From contig NC_043002.1 in the NCBI RefSeq assembly GCF_006345805.1, forward strand, positions 90,520,001-90,584,000: a stretch of DNA of 64,000 nt. The letters are read 5' to 3'. Within the stretch, counting starts at the first letter, position 1. The number at the start of each line of letters is the position of its first letter. A program made the translations under genes and the position numbers. Origin of the DNA: Octopus sinensis. Lineage: Eukaryota. Of the stretch, positions 53,213-64,000 are shown in pieces. The notes under the pieces are model-generated. The model was not told the origin of the DNA, did not search any database, and saw nothing but the letters and a program-made list of their open reading frames with translations.

Positions 53213-54926
53213 GAGGTATACACACACACACACACACAAACATACACATCATTGAAATAGAGTTGAAGTTATGAAAACATTTGAAGGAAAAAGTACATTG
53301 GTGTTTGTTGTACTTAACAAAGCAGTGAAAGTAGTTTGTTTGCCCATACAAAATCTCTCCAAAGCTGTTACAGTTTTAAACCATTGCAATAGAGAAACGG
53401 CAACAAGATTCTTATCGGTTACATTCTATTTTGCCATTTATAAAATCATTCATGAATATGCAAATTGCAATTATATTTCTTCAGTATCACGATGAACATT
53501 TAAATATTCTTCGTTTTGTTAAAAGGAAGGAAGCCATTCCGTGAATGTGTCAATATATCCTATTTTCAGTCCAGTCCAACAATTGAAAGCTAAAACACAT
53601 ATGATGTGACTTTTATAAACAAAACTGATTGTGTTTGTATTTGATCCCATGAATACTCATCAGTTGCCAGTGTATCTGCATATGTGTGTATGTGTGTATG
53701 TGCGTTTGCATCTGTTCACATATGTATATGTAAGTGCTTGTGTGCATGTGCGTTGGTGTATGTGTTCGTATCTGTATTGATGTTTGTATATATATGTATA
53801 TATATATTTATATATATACATTTGTTTCTGTGCCTGTGTATATTGGGGTTGAGGTGGATGTAAAATGATTAATGAACTTTATAAACTTTGAATATGCTTT
53901 TACTAATTAATAATTTTTTTGTCAGAATATAATTTTTTAATGAAATTATTCAATATTAAGAGAAGTGTGGATGTAAGTGTGTGTATCTGTGTATGTAGAT
54001 ATGGTTTCATTGTACATACACACACGTGTGTGTGTGTTTGTGTGCATGTGTCCTTAAACCAGCTTGGTAATGTTTGTCCTTGAGGGGCTCTGCCCCATCG
54101 ACATTCTCACTCCACCCACATTTCATATCCTAGCACCCAAAATGCACTGATAATAGTTCCATGTAAAAGGTACTGGTGATGGTACCATGCAAGAAAACAC
54201 TGTTGCTCTTGTCACACAAAAAGCACAGGTGCTGGTGCTTTGTAAAAAGCACCCAGTACACTCTGTAAAGTGATTTGCATTAGGAAGAGCATCCTGCTGT
54301 AAAAACTAAGCCAAACCAGACGGTGGGACCAGTTTCCGTCTACCAAATCCACTCACAAGGCTTTGGTCGGCCCGAGGCTATAGTAGAAGACACTTACTCA
54401 AGGTGCCAAGCAGTGGGAATGAACCCGGAACCTTGTGGCTGGTAAGCAAGCTACTTACCACACAGCCACTATATACACACACCCGCATATATATATATAT
54501 ACATAGATACATGCAAAGAAGTACACATGCTCACACATACTCACACACACACACTCACACACACGCACATACACATACACACACACATATATACAGTGTA
54601 GGCAATATGTACATGTAAGTCTTGCCAGCTCCTGTCAAACCATCCAACCCATGCCAGCATGAAAAACAGTCGTTAAATGATGATGATGTTTGTGTATATA
54701 TGTCAGTATGTGTGTGTTTGTCCCTAATGTGCATGTGTCTATGTGTACATCTATGAATATAAACCAACAACTGACAACAGCTGACAACTGATGAAGGGTC
54801 ATTATTTATGTTACTTGTCCTGTTTTCCACTTGTTTCTATCATTGTCTGCATATTGAACTCATTTGCTTTTGTATTTCATATTGTTCACTGTTTGATGAC
54901 GTCCTGTACCCTTATATGCATGTGTA

Positions 54927-54972
<46 letters not shown>

Positions 54973-54984
54973 AATTGAAGTCAC

Positions 54985-55330
54985 AATAAGGGTGAAAAAA
55001 ATTGAATATTAATTAATAACATCAATTTAAAACACCAAGTGGCCTAGTGAAAAAACTGTGAAACAGCAAAAATTATTAATACAAGTAATAAGAGAGGGAC
55101 CACATGTGGTCACTCTAACGCTAGAAATAGATCTGCAAAGGGAATCCACCACTAAAGAATTGTTCTCAAGCATTAATTCAACATGCCAAGAATGTAAGCG
55201 GGCAGGACAATGAAAAATAACGAAAAAATGGATTAATGCTTGAGAACAATTCTTTAGTGGTGGATTCCCTTTGCGGATCTATTTCTAGCGTTAGAGTGAC
55301 CACATGTGGTCCCTCTCTTATTACTTGTAT
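54985..55330 (+). mobile_element. (TA)n-embedded fold-back element E2
   Basis: Arms 55079-55180 and 55229-55330 (2 mismatches in 102), 48-bp spacer, head starting AATAAGGGTG. Confidence 0.85.
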
Positions 55331-55335
55331 ATATA

Positions 55336-55378
<43 letters not shown>

Positions 55379-55587
55379 ATCCAAACATGAAAACACAAAG
55401 AGAAAACGCAACAACGCGAGGACGTGGAACAAGTATAGTGTTATTGGACGCTCAGGAAAGGAAAGAAAGAAGGAGGATTTAATGCTTCGAGTGGAGCTCT
55501 TTGTCAGAAACATAGGAAAGGGAAAGATCCAAGGAAGGGAAGACAGAGGCAAAAAAATCGCCAACGGTACACATGCGGTCACATACA

Positions 55588-55623
<36 letters not shown>

Positions 55624-55885
55624 TGTATGTATGTATGCATGAATGTATGTATCTATGTATATATATATATACATACACACACAATTTCTATCGGTTTGTT
55701 TCGAGACGCATAAATTATAATGGTTAATTGACAATTTTTGTCTTTTTTTTGGCATATTTGGCATTGGAATTTTTCTTTTGCCCTTATATTATAAATTATT
55801 TATAAATTTAAACTTTAAAGGTATTTTTTGATATGCTGGCCATTGATGAAATTTTTTTCCCCAAAAAAATTTTATCCTACATTAG

Positions 55886-55931
<46 letters not shown>

Positions 55932-56660
55932 TATATATATATGTATATATGAATATGTATACATATATGCATGTATATATATATATATAATTATATTATT
56001 ATTTAATTGAACACCACACATCCATTTCCAAGTAAGTTTATTTTTATATATATAATTATGATTCAAATGTACAGAAAAAAAAGACAAAGACAGGTGATAG
56101 AACAATAAGCAAGAGTATTAGTTTGATGCTCAGGAAGAATGGAAAGGTCTTTGACATTTTGAGCCTAAACACTTCAACAGAAAAGGACAAGAAGGAAAAA
56201 AGGGAAAAAGAGAGAAAAAGTGTATCAGGTTTAATGGTTTCACATGATGAAATGATTATAGAACTGGTCAGAATACTACTGTCAGTTTCATGCTGATTAT
56301 TGCACTTGGCAATATTGACAACTCTGTAGACTCTTCTGAGAATTTTCGATTGCTTATCAGTCAAGCTTTGATTCAGCTAACTTAGCATATAAACAAACAG
56401 ATAAGCAGCGGTAAAAGAGGGGAATGAATAAGAGATAGACATGCAGTCAGAGGTGTGAATGAATGCACAGTGTGACAGGCGACTGACAGACGAGAGGGAT
56501 CAGAGAAGAGAAGGTTGACATGCATTCACGTCAGGCGCTGTTCACTATCAGTTGATGCAGATGGCCTCACTTGCTAGATATGAAAAGTCTGCAACATGAA
56601 GTGACTTTACTTCTACTTGCATTGCACTGCAATTTTACCACTCCTACTTTTGTCAATCAC

Positions 56661-56697
<37 letters not shown>

Positions 56698-56704
56698 ATA
56701 TATA

Positions 56705-56742
<38 letters not shown>

Positions 56743-56747
<5 letters not shown>

Positions 56748-57010
56748 AATTAAGGACTGAACACGAAAAGTGGACAGTCAACATGCTAGATATAGACGTC
56801 AAATCGCCATTCTCCACAAAGAGTATGTTTGTGGAGAATGGTGATTTGACATCTATATCTAGTGATTTGATGTCTATATCTAGCATGTTGACTGTCCACT
56901 TTTCGTGTTCAGTCCTTAATTTGTATGTAAAAATATTTTAATCTTCGGATTCTTTTTAATATGCTAGACCACTGGTTTTAATTGACTAATATCAATTTCT
57001 ACCCTTAATT
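56743..57010 (-). mobile_element. (TA)n-embedded fold-back element E3
   Basis: Arms 56743-56820 and 56828-56926. The right arm has a 21-bp internal duplication. Head reverse complement AAGGGTAGAAATTGATATTAG. Confidence 0.85.
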
Positions 57011-57090
57011 AATTTTATATATATATATATCTATATATATATACATATATATATGTGTGTGTATATATATATATATATATATGCATATAT

Positions 57091-57398
57091 ATATTGTTGT
57101 ATTTAGGAATGGTCATTTTGCCAGTTTAGCCTGTAAAAACACGCGCACTATATACTTGGTGTTAATTTGCTTCAGTTTTATTTATTTTTTACATTAATCT
57201 TAATCTTATTTCGGCCAGAGTTCTTTCGTCACACTCCTGTGACCGCATCATAATAAAACATAATAAAATAAAATACACAGATAAATAAACAAATAGAAGT
57301 AAATAGCTATATACATTTTCGTTTTAATTATTATTACTATTATTATTATTATACATACATACATACATAATAATAATAATGATAATAATTATAATAAT

Positions 57399-57447
<49 letters not shown>

Positions 57448-57895
57448 GGGTGTAAACACATGAACAAAATAAAAATAAACAAAAACAAAAATAAATTACA
57501 CGAACGTATATAAACAGGAGATACAAATATTACAGGCATTCCCCCCCACACACACACACTAACTAAACATATACACACATAGAGATATATGCATGTGCAA
57601 ATGAAGACATACAATAGAAATACAAAATACAAAATGGCTGACCGTTGGTAAGGAGAGACACACAAATAAGAAAGAAGAAAGCAAAGAACCACGGATGCGG
57701 TCACAGGAGTGTGATGAAAGAACTCTGGCCGAAATAAGATTAAGATTAATGTAAAAAATAAATAAAGCTGAAGCAAATTAACACCAAATATATAGTGCGT
57801 GTGTTTGTATTGGCTAAACTGGCAAAATGGCCATTCCTAAATACAACAATATTTGTTTCAACACACGATTTCACATCAAAAATCTTGCAAAACAA
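57091..57895 (-). mobile_element. (TA)n-flanked inverted-repeat element E4 (159-bp arms, ~440-bp spacer)
   Basis: Arms 57091-57249 and 57694-57852, ~90% identical. Confidence 0.8.
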
Positions 57896-57943
57896 ATACA
57901 TATATATATATATACGCCTATATATATTCATACAGATATATAT

Positions 57944-57977
<34 letters not shown>

Positions 57978-58022
57978 CAGATATATATATATATATACAC
58001 ACACATATATATATATATATAT

Positions 58023-58185
58023 ATCATCATCATCATCATCATTTAGCGTCCGCTTTCCATGCTAGCATGGGTTGGACGGTTCAACTGGGGTCTGGGAAGC
58101 CAGAAGGCTACATCAGGCCCAGTCTGATCTGGCAGAGTTTCTACGGCTGGATGCCCTTCCTAATGCCAACCACTCCGTGAGCGTA
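58023..58185 (-). mobile_element. Family B RTE 3' end
   Basis: (CAT)n followed by TTTAGCGTCCGCTTTCCATGCTAGC... Confidence 0.75.
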
Positions 58186-58468
58186 GCTAAGTATTTTGCC
58201 TGGCATACTAAGGATTTTGCTTGCTGCCTTAACTCAGTCGATGATATTGACTACTGTTATTCCTTTGGTTCATATTTTATTGCCCTTATGATGTCGAAAG
58301 GGGAAGTCACTCTAGATATTAAGACTACCCCCCCACACACACACACAGAGATGATCTATGAGACAGTCTACCACATGGTTTCTGACTACCAAATTTCACT
58401 CACTAAACTTTGGACAGATTTGAAGAAATGTTTACAAACCATTTTTCCCAATACAAAAACCATCTCAT

Positions 58469-58846
58469 TGTAAGGCAATTTTTTTAATCACTTGTACGTA
58501 GTGAGAGAGACTGAGAGAGAAAGATAGAGGAGGGAAAATTGAGCGATTGACAGTGAGGAACGAAGTTGCTTGAAATGGAATTGCCATTATTCTTGCTCTC
58601 ACTATATAATAAGACCTAAGTGTGAGAGTTAGTCGAATGTGTGCTACAAAATATCAGAAATAGCTGTGATTGTAATGTAGCAGAGATAACACGGAATAAC
58701 AATTCTCAGTGTTGTAATTGTTGAATACAACGTCTGAGAGATTACTTGTTTGTCAGAATCGTATTCAATATACAACGCAACACATAAAATGATATACTGT
58801 TTAGGAAATAGCGGCTATTACATTAGTCTTTATATTACTGGTTACA
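58469..58846. mobile_element. Possible solo LTR
   Basis: TGTAA...TTACA termini ~380 bp apart and an internal TATATAA. No matching TSD found. Confidence 0.25.
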
Positions 58847-58911
58847 AATATTGAAATTACATTGTGTGAGTTTCTAGCAGGCATGGCTGTGTGGTTAAAA
58901 ATCTTGCTTAA

Positions 58912-59131
58912 CCCTTTCATTACTGCATTTATTTTGAGATGCTCTGTGTTTCTTTCAATTACTTTAAATATAACAAAGAATTTAGTAAAATAACTTAGTT
59001 ATAATTAAGCTTGTGTTAGGAACATAAATTGTAACTAAGGTTTGGTGTTAAATTTTAATTCAAAACTTAGGAAAATAAGACATTTGTACTCAGAGCCAGA
59101 GCCGGTTTCTGCCGGGTTGGTAATGAAAGGG
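58912..59131. mobile_element. piggyBac-like MITE with TTAA TSD, inside a family A SINE head
   Basis: TTAA-CCCTTTCATTAC ... GTAATGAAAGGG-TTAA (perfect 12-bp TIR). The SINE (58875-59520) continues on both sides. Confidence 0.85.
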
Positions 59132-59797
59132 TTAATAACCATGTGGTTTTGGGTTCAGTGCCACTGGAGAGCATCTCGGACAAGTATCTTCTACTATGAC
59201 CTCAGGTTGACTAATGCTTTGTGAGCGACTTTGGTCGATGGAAACTGTAAACATATATATATATGTGTATGTGTGTGTATGTATGTGTGTGCTTGTGTGT
59301 GTATGTGTGTTAAGTTTTTGTGTTTGTGTGTCCCCAAACACAACTCTTGTTAGTTTGTTTATGTCTCCTTAACTTAGCAGCTCAGCAAATGAAACCAATA
59401 GAATAAATACCAAGCTTTACGAAAAGACATAAATATTAGGGTTGATTTGTTGAACTAAATTCTTCAAGGCAATGCTCTGTAGCAGCAGTCCAAATGAAAG
59501 AAGTAAAAGATAATATACATACATACATACATATGTACTTACACATGTACAAGTAAAAGATAAAAGATATATGAATGCTGGCATTTAATATTTGGGTGTG
59601 TATGGATGCTCAAATTGGAGCAAAAGTTCTCAATACCTGTAGGTTGAAGGCAGAGAAATTCAGCTCTGAAAGAATAAGTTAGTGTCTTAAAGAAGGTAAA
59701 TTTCAATGTTGTATACAGTCAGAAGACACTTGTGTTACTTTGCATTGCTGATTTCAATATATATTCAAATACTATCTGCTATTGTTTGTGTACTTCC

Positions 59798-59830
<33 letters not shown>

Positions 59831-60106
59831 ACCTACTATCTGGTACAATCTGAGTATTGCCCCTGTACATTGTCACCATTTGGTACTAGCAGTATACCAC
59901 CCTTGTATGTGCCTCTCACTTGGTACAGTCTATGTACCACCCTAGTACATTCTCATCATTTGATATTGACTATGTACAGCCAGCATGTGTACCTACCACC
60001 TGGTACTGGCAGTGTACTTACTTCTTGGTACTGTCGTGCACGTTCTTCCCATTTGGTACGGTCTATGATCTACATCTGAATGTACCTCCTACATAGTACT
60101 AGCAGT

Positions 60107-60261
60107 CACTAGCGTAGCTAGAGTGTGTATTTCCTGGGGTGGCCCTTCAGTTTGCTGACCCTGGTCACCAAAAAGAATACATATTGTCTACAGCAGACCC
60201 AAAAGTGTTGAGGGGGTGAAAGGGTGGACCTCCCCTTTCACCCCCTCTAGCTATGCTAGTG
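60107..60261. mobile_element. 155-bp MITE with 17-bp TIR and internal hairpin
   Basis: CACTAGCGTAGCTAGAG ... CTCTAGCTATGCTAGTG. 15-bp stem at 60210-60247. Confidence 0.65.
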
Positions 60262-60364
60262 CTACCAGTGTATAACCTCTCTCTGTTTTACCACTGGCTG
60301 TTGTGTAAATACCATCCAACACTCCCAAATATTTCAAATGCCAAAATATTGTCCGTAAAATGAG

Positions 60365-60570
60365 GCAGGGAGCTAGCAGAATCATTAGCATGATGGGCAA
60401 AATGCATAGCAGTATTTTGTCCATCTTTACATTCTGAGTTTAAATTCCGCAGAGGTTGACTTTGCCTTTCATCCTTTCAGGAGTTGATAGAATAAGTTGA
60501 GCAACTTGGACTCAAAATAATTGGCACAACCCCCACTCCCTGCCAAAATTGTTGGTTCTGTGCCAAAATT
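60365..60570 (+). mobile_element. Family C SINE
   Basis: GGGAGCTAGCAGAATCATTAG...GAGTTTAAATTCCGC... Confidence 0.75.
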
Positions 60571-61772
60571 TGAAACGAATATATTGTCAGTAAATTTAAC
60601 TTTCTTGTATTGGTCTTCTATCCAAATTTTCAATGGTATTGGTTGGTGCAACTTCTTTCAGTGACTTATCTGAAATCTTATATCACGATAGTTTACCATC
60701 TTATTAGCAATGACTAGTTGTTACCTGTTTTTGTTCTCTGGTTTCTTTTTTGGTGAAATAAACAAAACAAAACAAAAAAAAGAAACACAAACAAAACAAG
60801 AATTCATAGAACCTGATTATCTGCTTGTCAATGTTAAACTGAAATACTGAGAATAATGAAAATTTTGAGTCAATAATTGTGTACTGAGATCTTGAGTCTA
60901 CATATTCCACATGCAATATCAAGATGGAGCATTGTGCTTCTTGTTTGTATCCCCCTCATCCTACCCCCTCATCACCATGTTCATCGTCGTCATCATCACT
61001 CCCAACATCATCATTGTGATCTGGATCAAACAAAATCAAGTTTGTTAAACTACTAAAGTAAAAGTGTTGTATTTATGTTGTACCAAAATCTGTTCAAACA
61101 AGATAGAAGTTCAGAGAAAGCATTTTCAATGTCAAGCTACTTTGAATATTTTAGCTTTGTGTATCTTTCCAATATGTATTTAGATTAAACTTTGGTAACA
61201 TTTTCATCAAACGAATACATATAAAATACAGAATAACTACTCAGACCCCAATAGATTATATGATCTTTGCATCATCAATATTGTTGTTGTTGACATTGTG
61301 ATTATCTTCAACAATATTACACAACATCACCATTATCATCAGTATCATGCAAGTCAAAAATCCTTTAGTTGACTTGCAGCCAAATGTTCTCACCTAAGAT
61401 CTTTAAGATTTTATTCTTGAGTGTGTATGTATATAGGGGGGAGGAGAAAAAATCTTTGAATGCATAAGTTCAAGAAAAAATACGCAGAACAATCAATGCC
61501 TAAGGTACTATTGAGCAATATAGTTCCAGTTTTAGAAAGCAGTTATGTAATAGGCACAGATGTAGCTTATAGATGCTGGGTGTGGTTGGGTCATAAGAAA
61601 TTTACTTCCGAAGCACATACCCCTAGGATCATTTTCACTGCATTACATGTTTGACTAGTGTCTTTTACTATAGTGCCAAGTTCAAATTCCTTTCAGTTGA
61701 ATACTGGGGTTGATGTAATTGACGCATCCCCTCCCTTAAAATGGCTGCCCTTGTGGCAAAATGTGAAATCAC

Positions 61773-61850
<78 letters not shown>

Positions 61851-61851
61851 G

Positions 61852-62065
61852 GCTGCAAGCTGATGGAATCTTTAGCATGCTGGGTAGAATGCTTAGTGGT
61901 ATTTTGTCTGTCTTTATGTTCTGAGTTCAAATTCTGCCATGGGTGACTTTGCCTTTCATCGTTTTGGAGTCAATGAAATAAGTGCCAGTTGAGCCCTGGA
62001 GTCAATGTAATCAACCAGCCCTCTCCCGCCTAATTTCAGGCCTTGTGCCTATGGTAGAAAGGATT
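61852..62065 (+). mobile_element. Family C SINE
   Basis: GCTGATGGAATC...GAGTTCAAATTCTGCC...GCCTTTCATC. Confidence 0.75.
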
Positions 62066-63164
62066 AGTATTATTGTTATAATTATTCTGGGTGGTTTCTT
62101 ATGACGTTATACACATTCATAAAACATTTTATAACATGTTGTCAAAGCTCACTTATTGAAGAATTGAAAAATGTCTTTCCACTTTGTCAGGGCTTAAACA
62201 TTCATCAGAACTTTGAGGTGGTTTGTAGATTACTGTGAACCAGTATAATGAACCGCAATTTCATGTCTAATGCTGTCTCTTTTGATTTTCATATAACTCA
62301 GAGTCACTGGCATGTGTGTAGGCCTTATAAATTATGAATTCATTCCTTATAAATTTCAATCTCTACTTGGTATCACAAGGTCAGGGCCCGTCAAATATAA
62401 TCACAGCTTAATTACCTAGGACTGGTCAAGAAAAGGAGATGGAGAAATTGAGAGTTGTGGCAGAGCACCAGTAAATCTGCTGGAACACTGTGGTTGAAGA
62501 ACTTCGAACTACAATTGAATAAAATACTGTCATAAAGATTAGAACTTAAATGCAGATATATTCAATTTAGAAGAAATACACAAACACACAATGTTATAAG
62601 AGGTCAAAAGTGACATACATTAATTAAGAAGGTGAATTACTGAATGATTCTGGAAGCAAATGATTCTGAATTAATCGCAATTTTCTTCTTAGTTGGAGAA
62701 AGAAAACCAAAAGCAGAACCCTACCAGTAATTGTTAGTTACTCTCAAAGAGAAGATAATTTCAAGAAATTAAGAATTAATCTCTCAAAGCTAATTTACAT
62801 GTTTAGGAGGACAATCTGATCTTTGTTAGCAGGCAAGGGAGGATAATTATGGACATATTTCAGTTTATTAGACCTCATTAGCATAGTCTTCTAGATTGCT
62901 TAATCACTCGATTTTTTTTTCTTTTTACATAGAGAAAAAGAGCTACAAATAAATTCTGACCTGTATAATTGATATAATTAAGGATAAAAAAAAAATGAAT
63001 AACTAAAATTGGCCAATGATGTGAATTTGGAAAGAAAAATTAAAAAGGATGATGTATAGCAAAAATTCATATTTAGCTCTTACTGTAAATATTGCAAATA
63101 TTACAGTTATTGCCAGTGTTACTGGTATTACAGATATTGCAGGTATTACAAATATATATATACT

Positions 63165-63350
63165 TTGGTTTCAAATTTTGGCACAAGGCCAGCAGTTTTG
63201 GGGAAGGAGTTAAGCCAATTGCATCAGCCCCAGCATTCAACTGGTACTTATTTTATCGACCCAGGAAGGATGAACGGCAAAACTGACCTTGACAGAATTT
63301 GAACTCAGAATGTAATGACGGATGCAATGCCAGTAAAAATTTTGTCCAGC
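63165..63350 (-). mobile_element. Family C SINE
   Basis: Homologous to 8762-8977. Confidence 0.7.
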
Positions 63351-63808
63351 ATTCGTATCGTATTACAAGTACTGAGGTATTACATGTTCTCACCATTTCA
63401 TTTACCTTTATTACTGACATATTTCATGTCAAATACAGCAGGTGAGGCAGTCTAATTAATTTTAAGCTATGAGAAGTCATGGAATGGGAAGATACTGCAG
63501 ACTGAAAGAGGTTAATTACTCCTCACAAATTAATCCTTCTCTTCTGTGGTTGATGCTACTGATGAAGATGACACAGTTGTTGTTGATGATGAAGATGACA
63601 TAGTTGTTGTTGTTGTCGTCGTTGATGATGATGATGATGATGATGATGATGTTTTGGGTTTTTACTGTGCTTGTGATTTCCTATTTACATTTCTGTTGCA
63701 ATTATGTTAATTTACTTGCCGTACATCACACTTATTTTTAATGCACTTTTTTTCCCTCATCTTTGAAGATATTGGATATATGAGTATACACACAGTCTGT
63801 TACTTAAT

Positions 63809-63839
<31 letters not shown>

Positions 63840-64000
63840 TTCACACATGCACACACACACACGCATGCGCTCACACACACACACACACACACACTCACGA
63901 GTATTTATACGTATACAAACATATATGGGGATAATCAAAATTCTCCTCCTCCCTTTTGTTAGTATATATATATGTATATATATATATATGAATATATATA

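Noticed and set aside
54770-54830. CAACTGATGAAGGGTC motif (also at ~30415-30430, minus strand)
   Set aside because: It has only the 5' half of a hammerhead core, with no stem II closure or GAAA nearby.

Overview
This is 64 kb of AT-rich, microsatellite-dense eukaryotic DNA. The SINE and LINE families look like those of Octopus (inference from family sequences recalled from memory, not from a database search). I found no host protein-coding exon I can support. Almost all ORFs in the supplied track are translations of (TA)n/(TG)n/(TACA)n tracts or of repeats. Recognisable content: (1) three tRNA-headed SINE families in dozens of copies; (2) 3' ends of RTE LINEs; (3) a complete but dead mariner; (4) the 3' half of an IR/DR-type Tc1; (5) two Penelope-like element (PLE) relics, one with the RT and one with the GIY-YIG endonuclease; (6) Helitron termini and a helicase remnant; (7) hAT-like and piggyBac-like MITEs; (8) an RNase H-bearing LINE relic; (9) several minisatellites. 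Three observations stand out. First, five fold-back insertions with 78-159 bp near-perfect arms; three of them share homologous sequence blocks, the same head-arm-loop-arm layout and a (TA)n target. Second, four hammerhead-ribozyme-like motifs, one sitting in a PLE 3' region and one fused behind a tRNA-like Pol III head. Third, an ~820 bp element with ~280 bp inverted arms around a TTAGGG/TTTTAGGG telomere-like core. Together these suggest a PLE-dependent family of small, ribozyme- or hairpin-carrying non-autonomous elements. That link is inference and needs testing.
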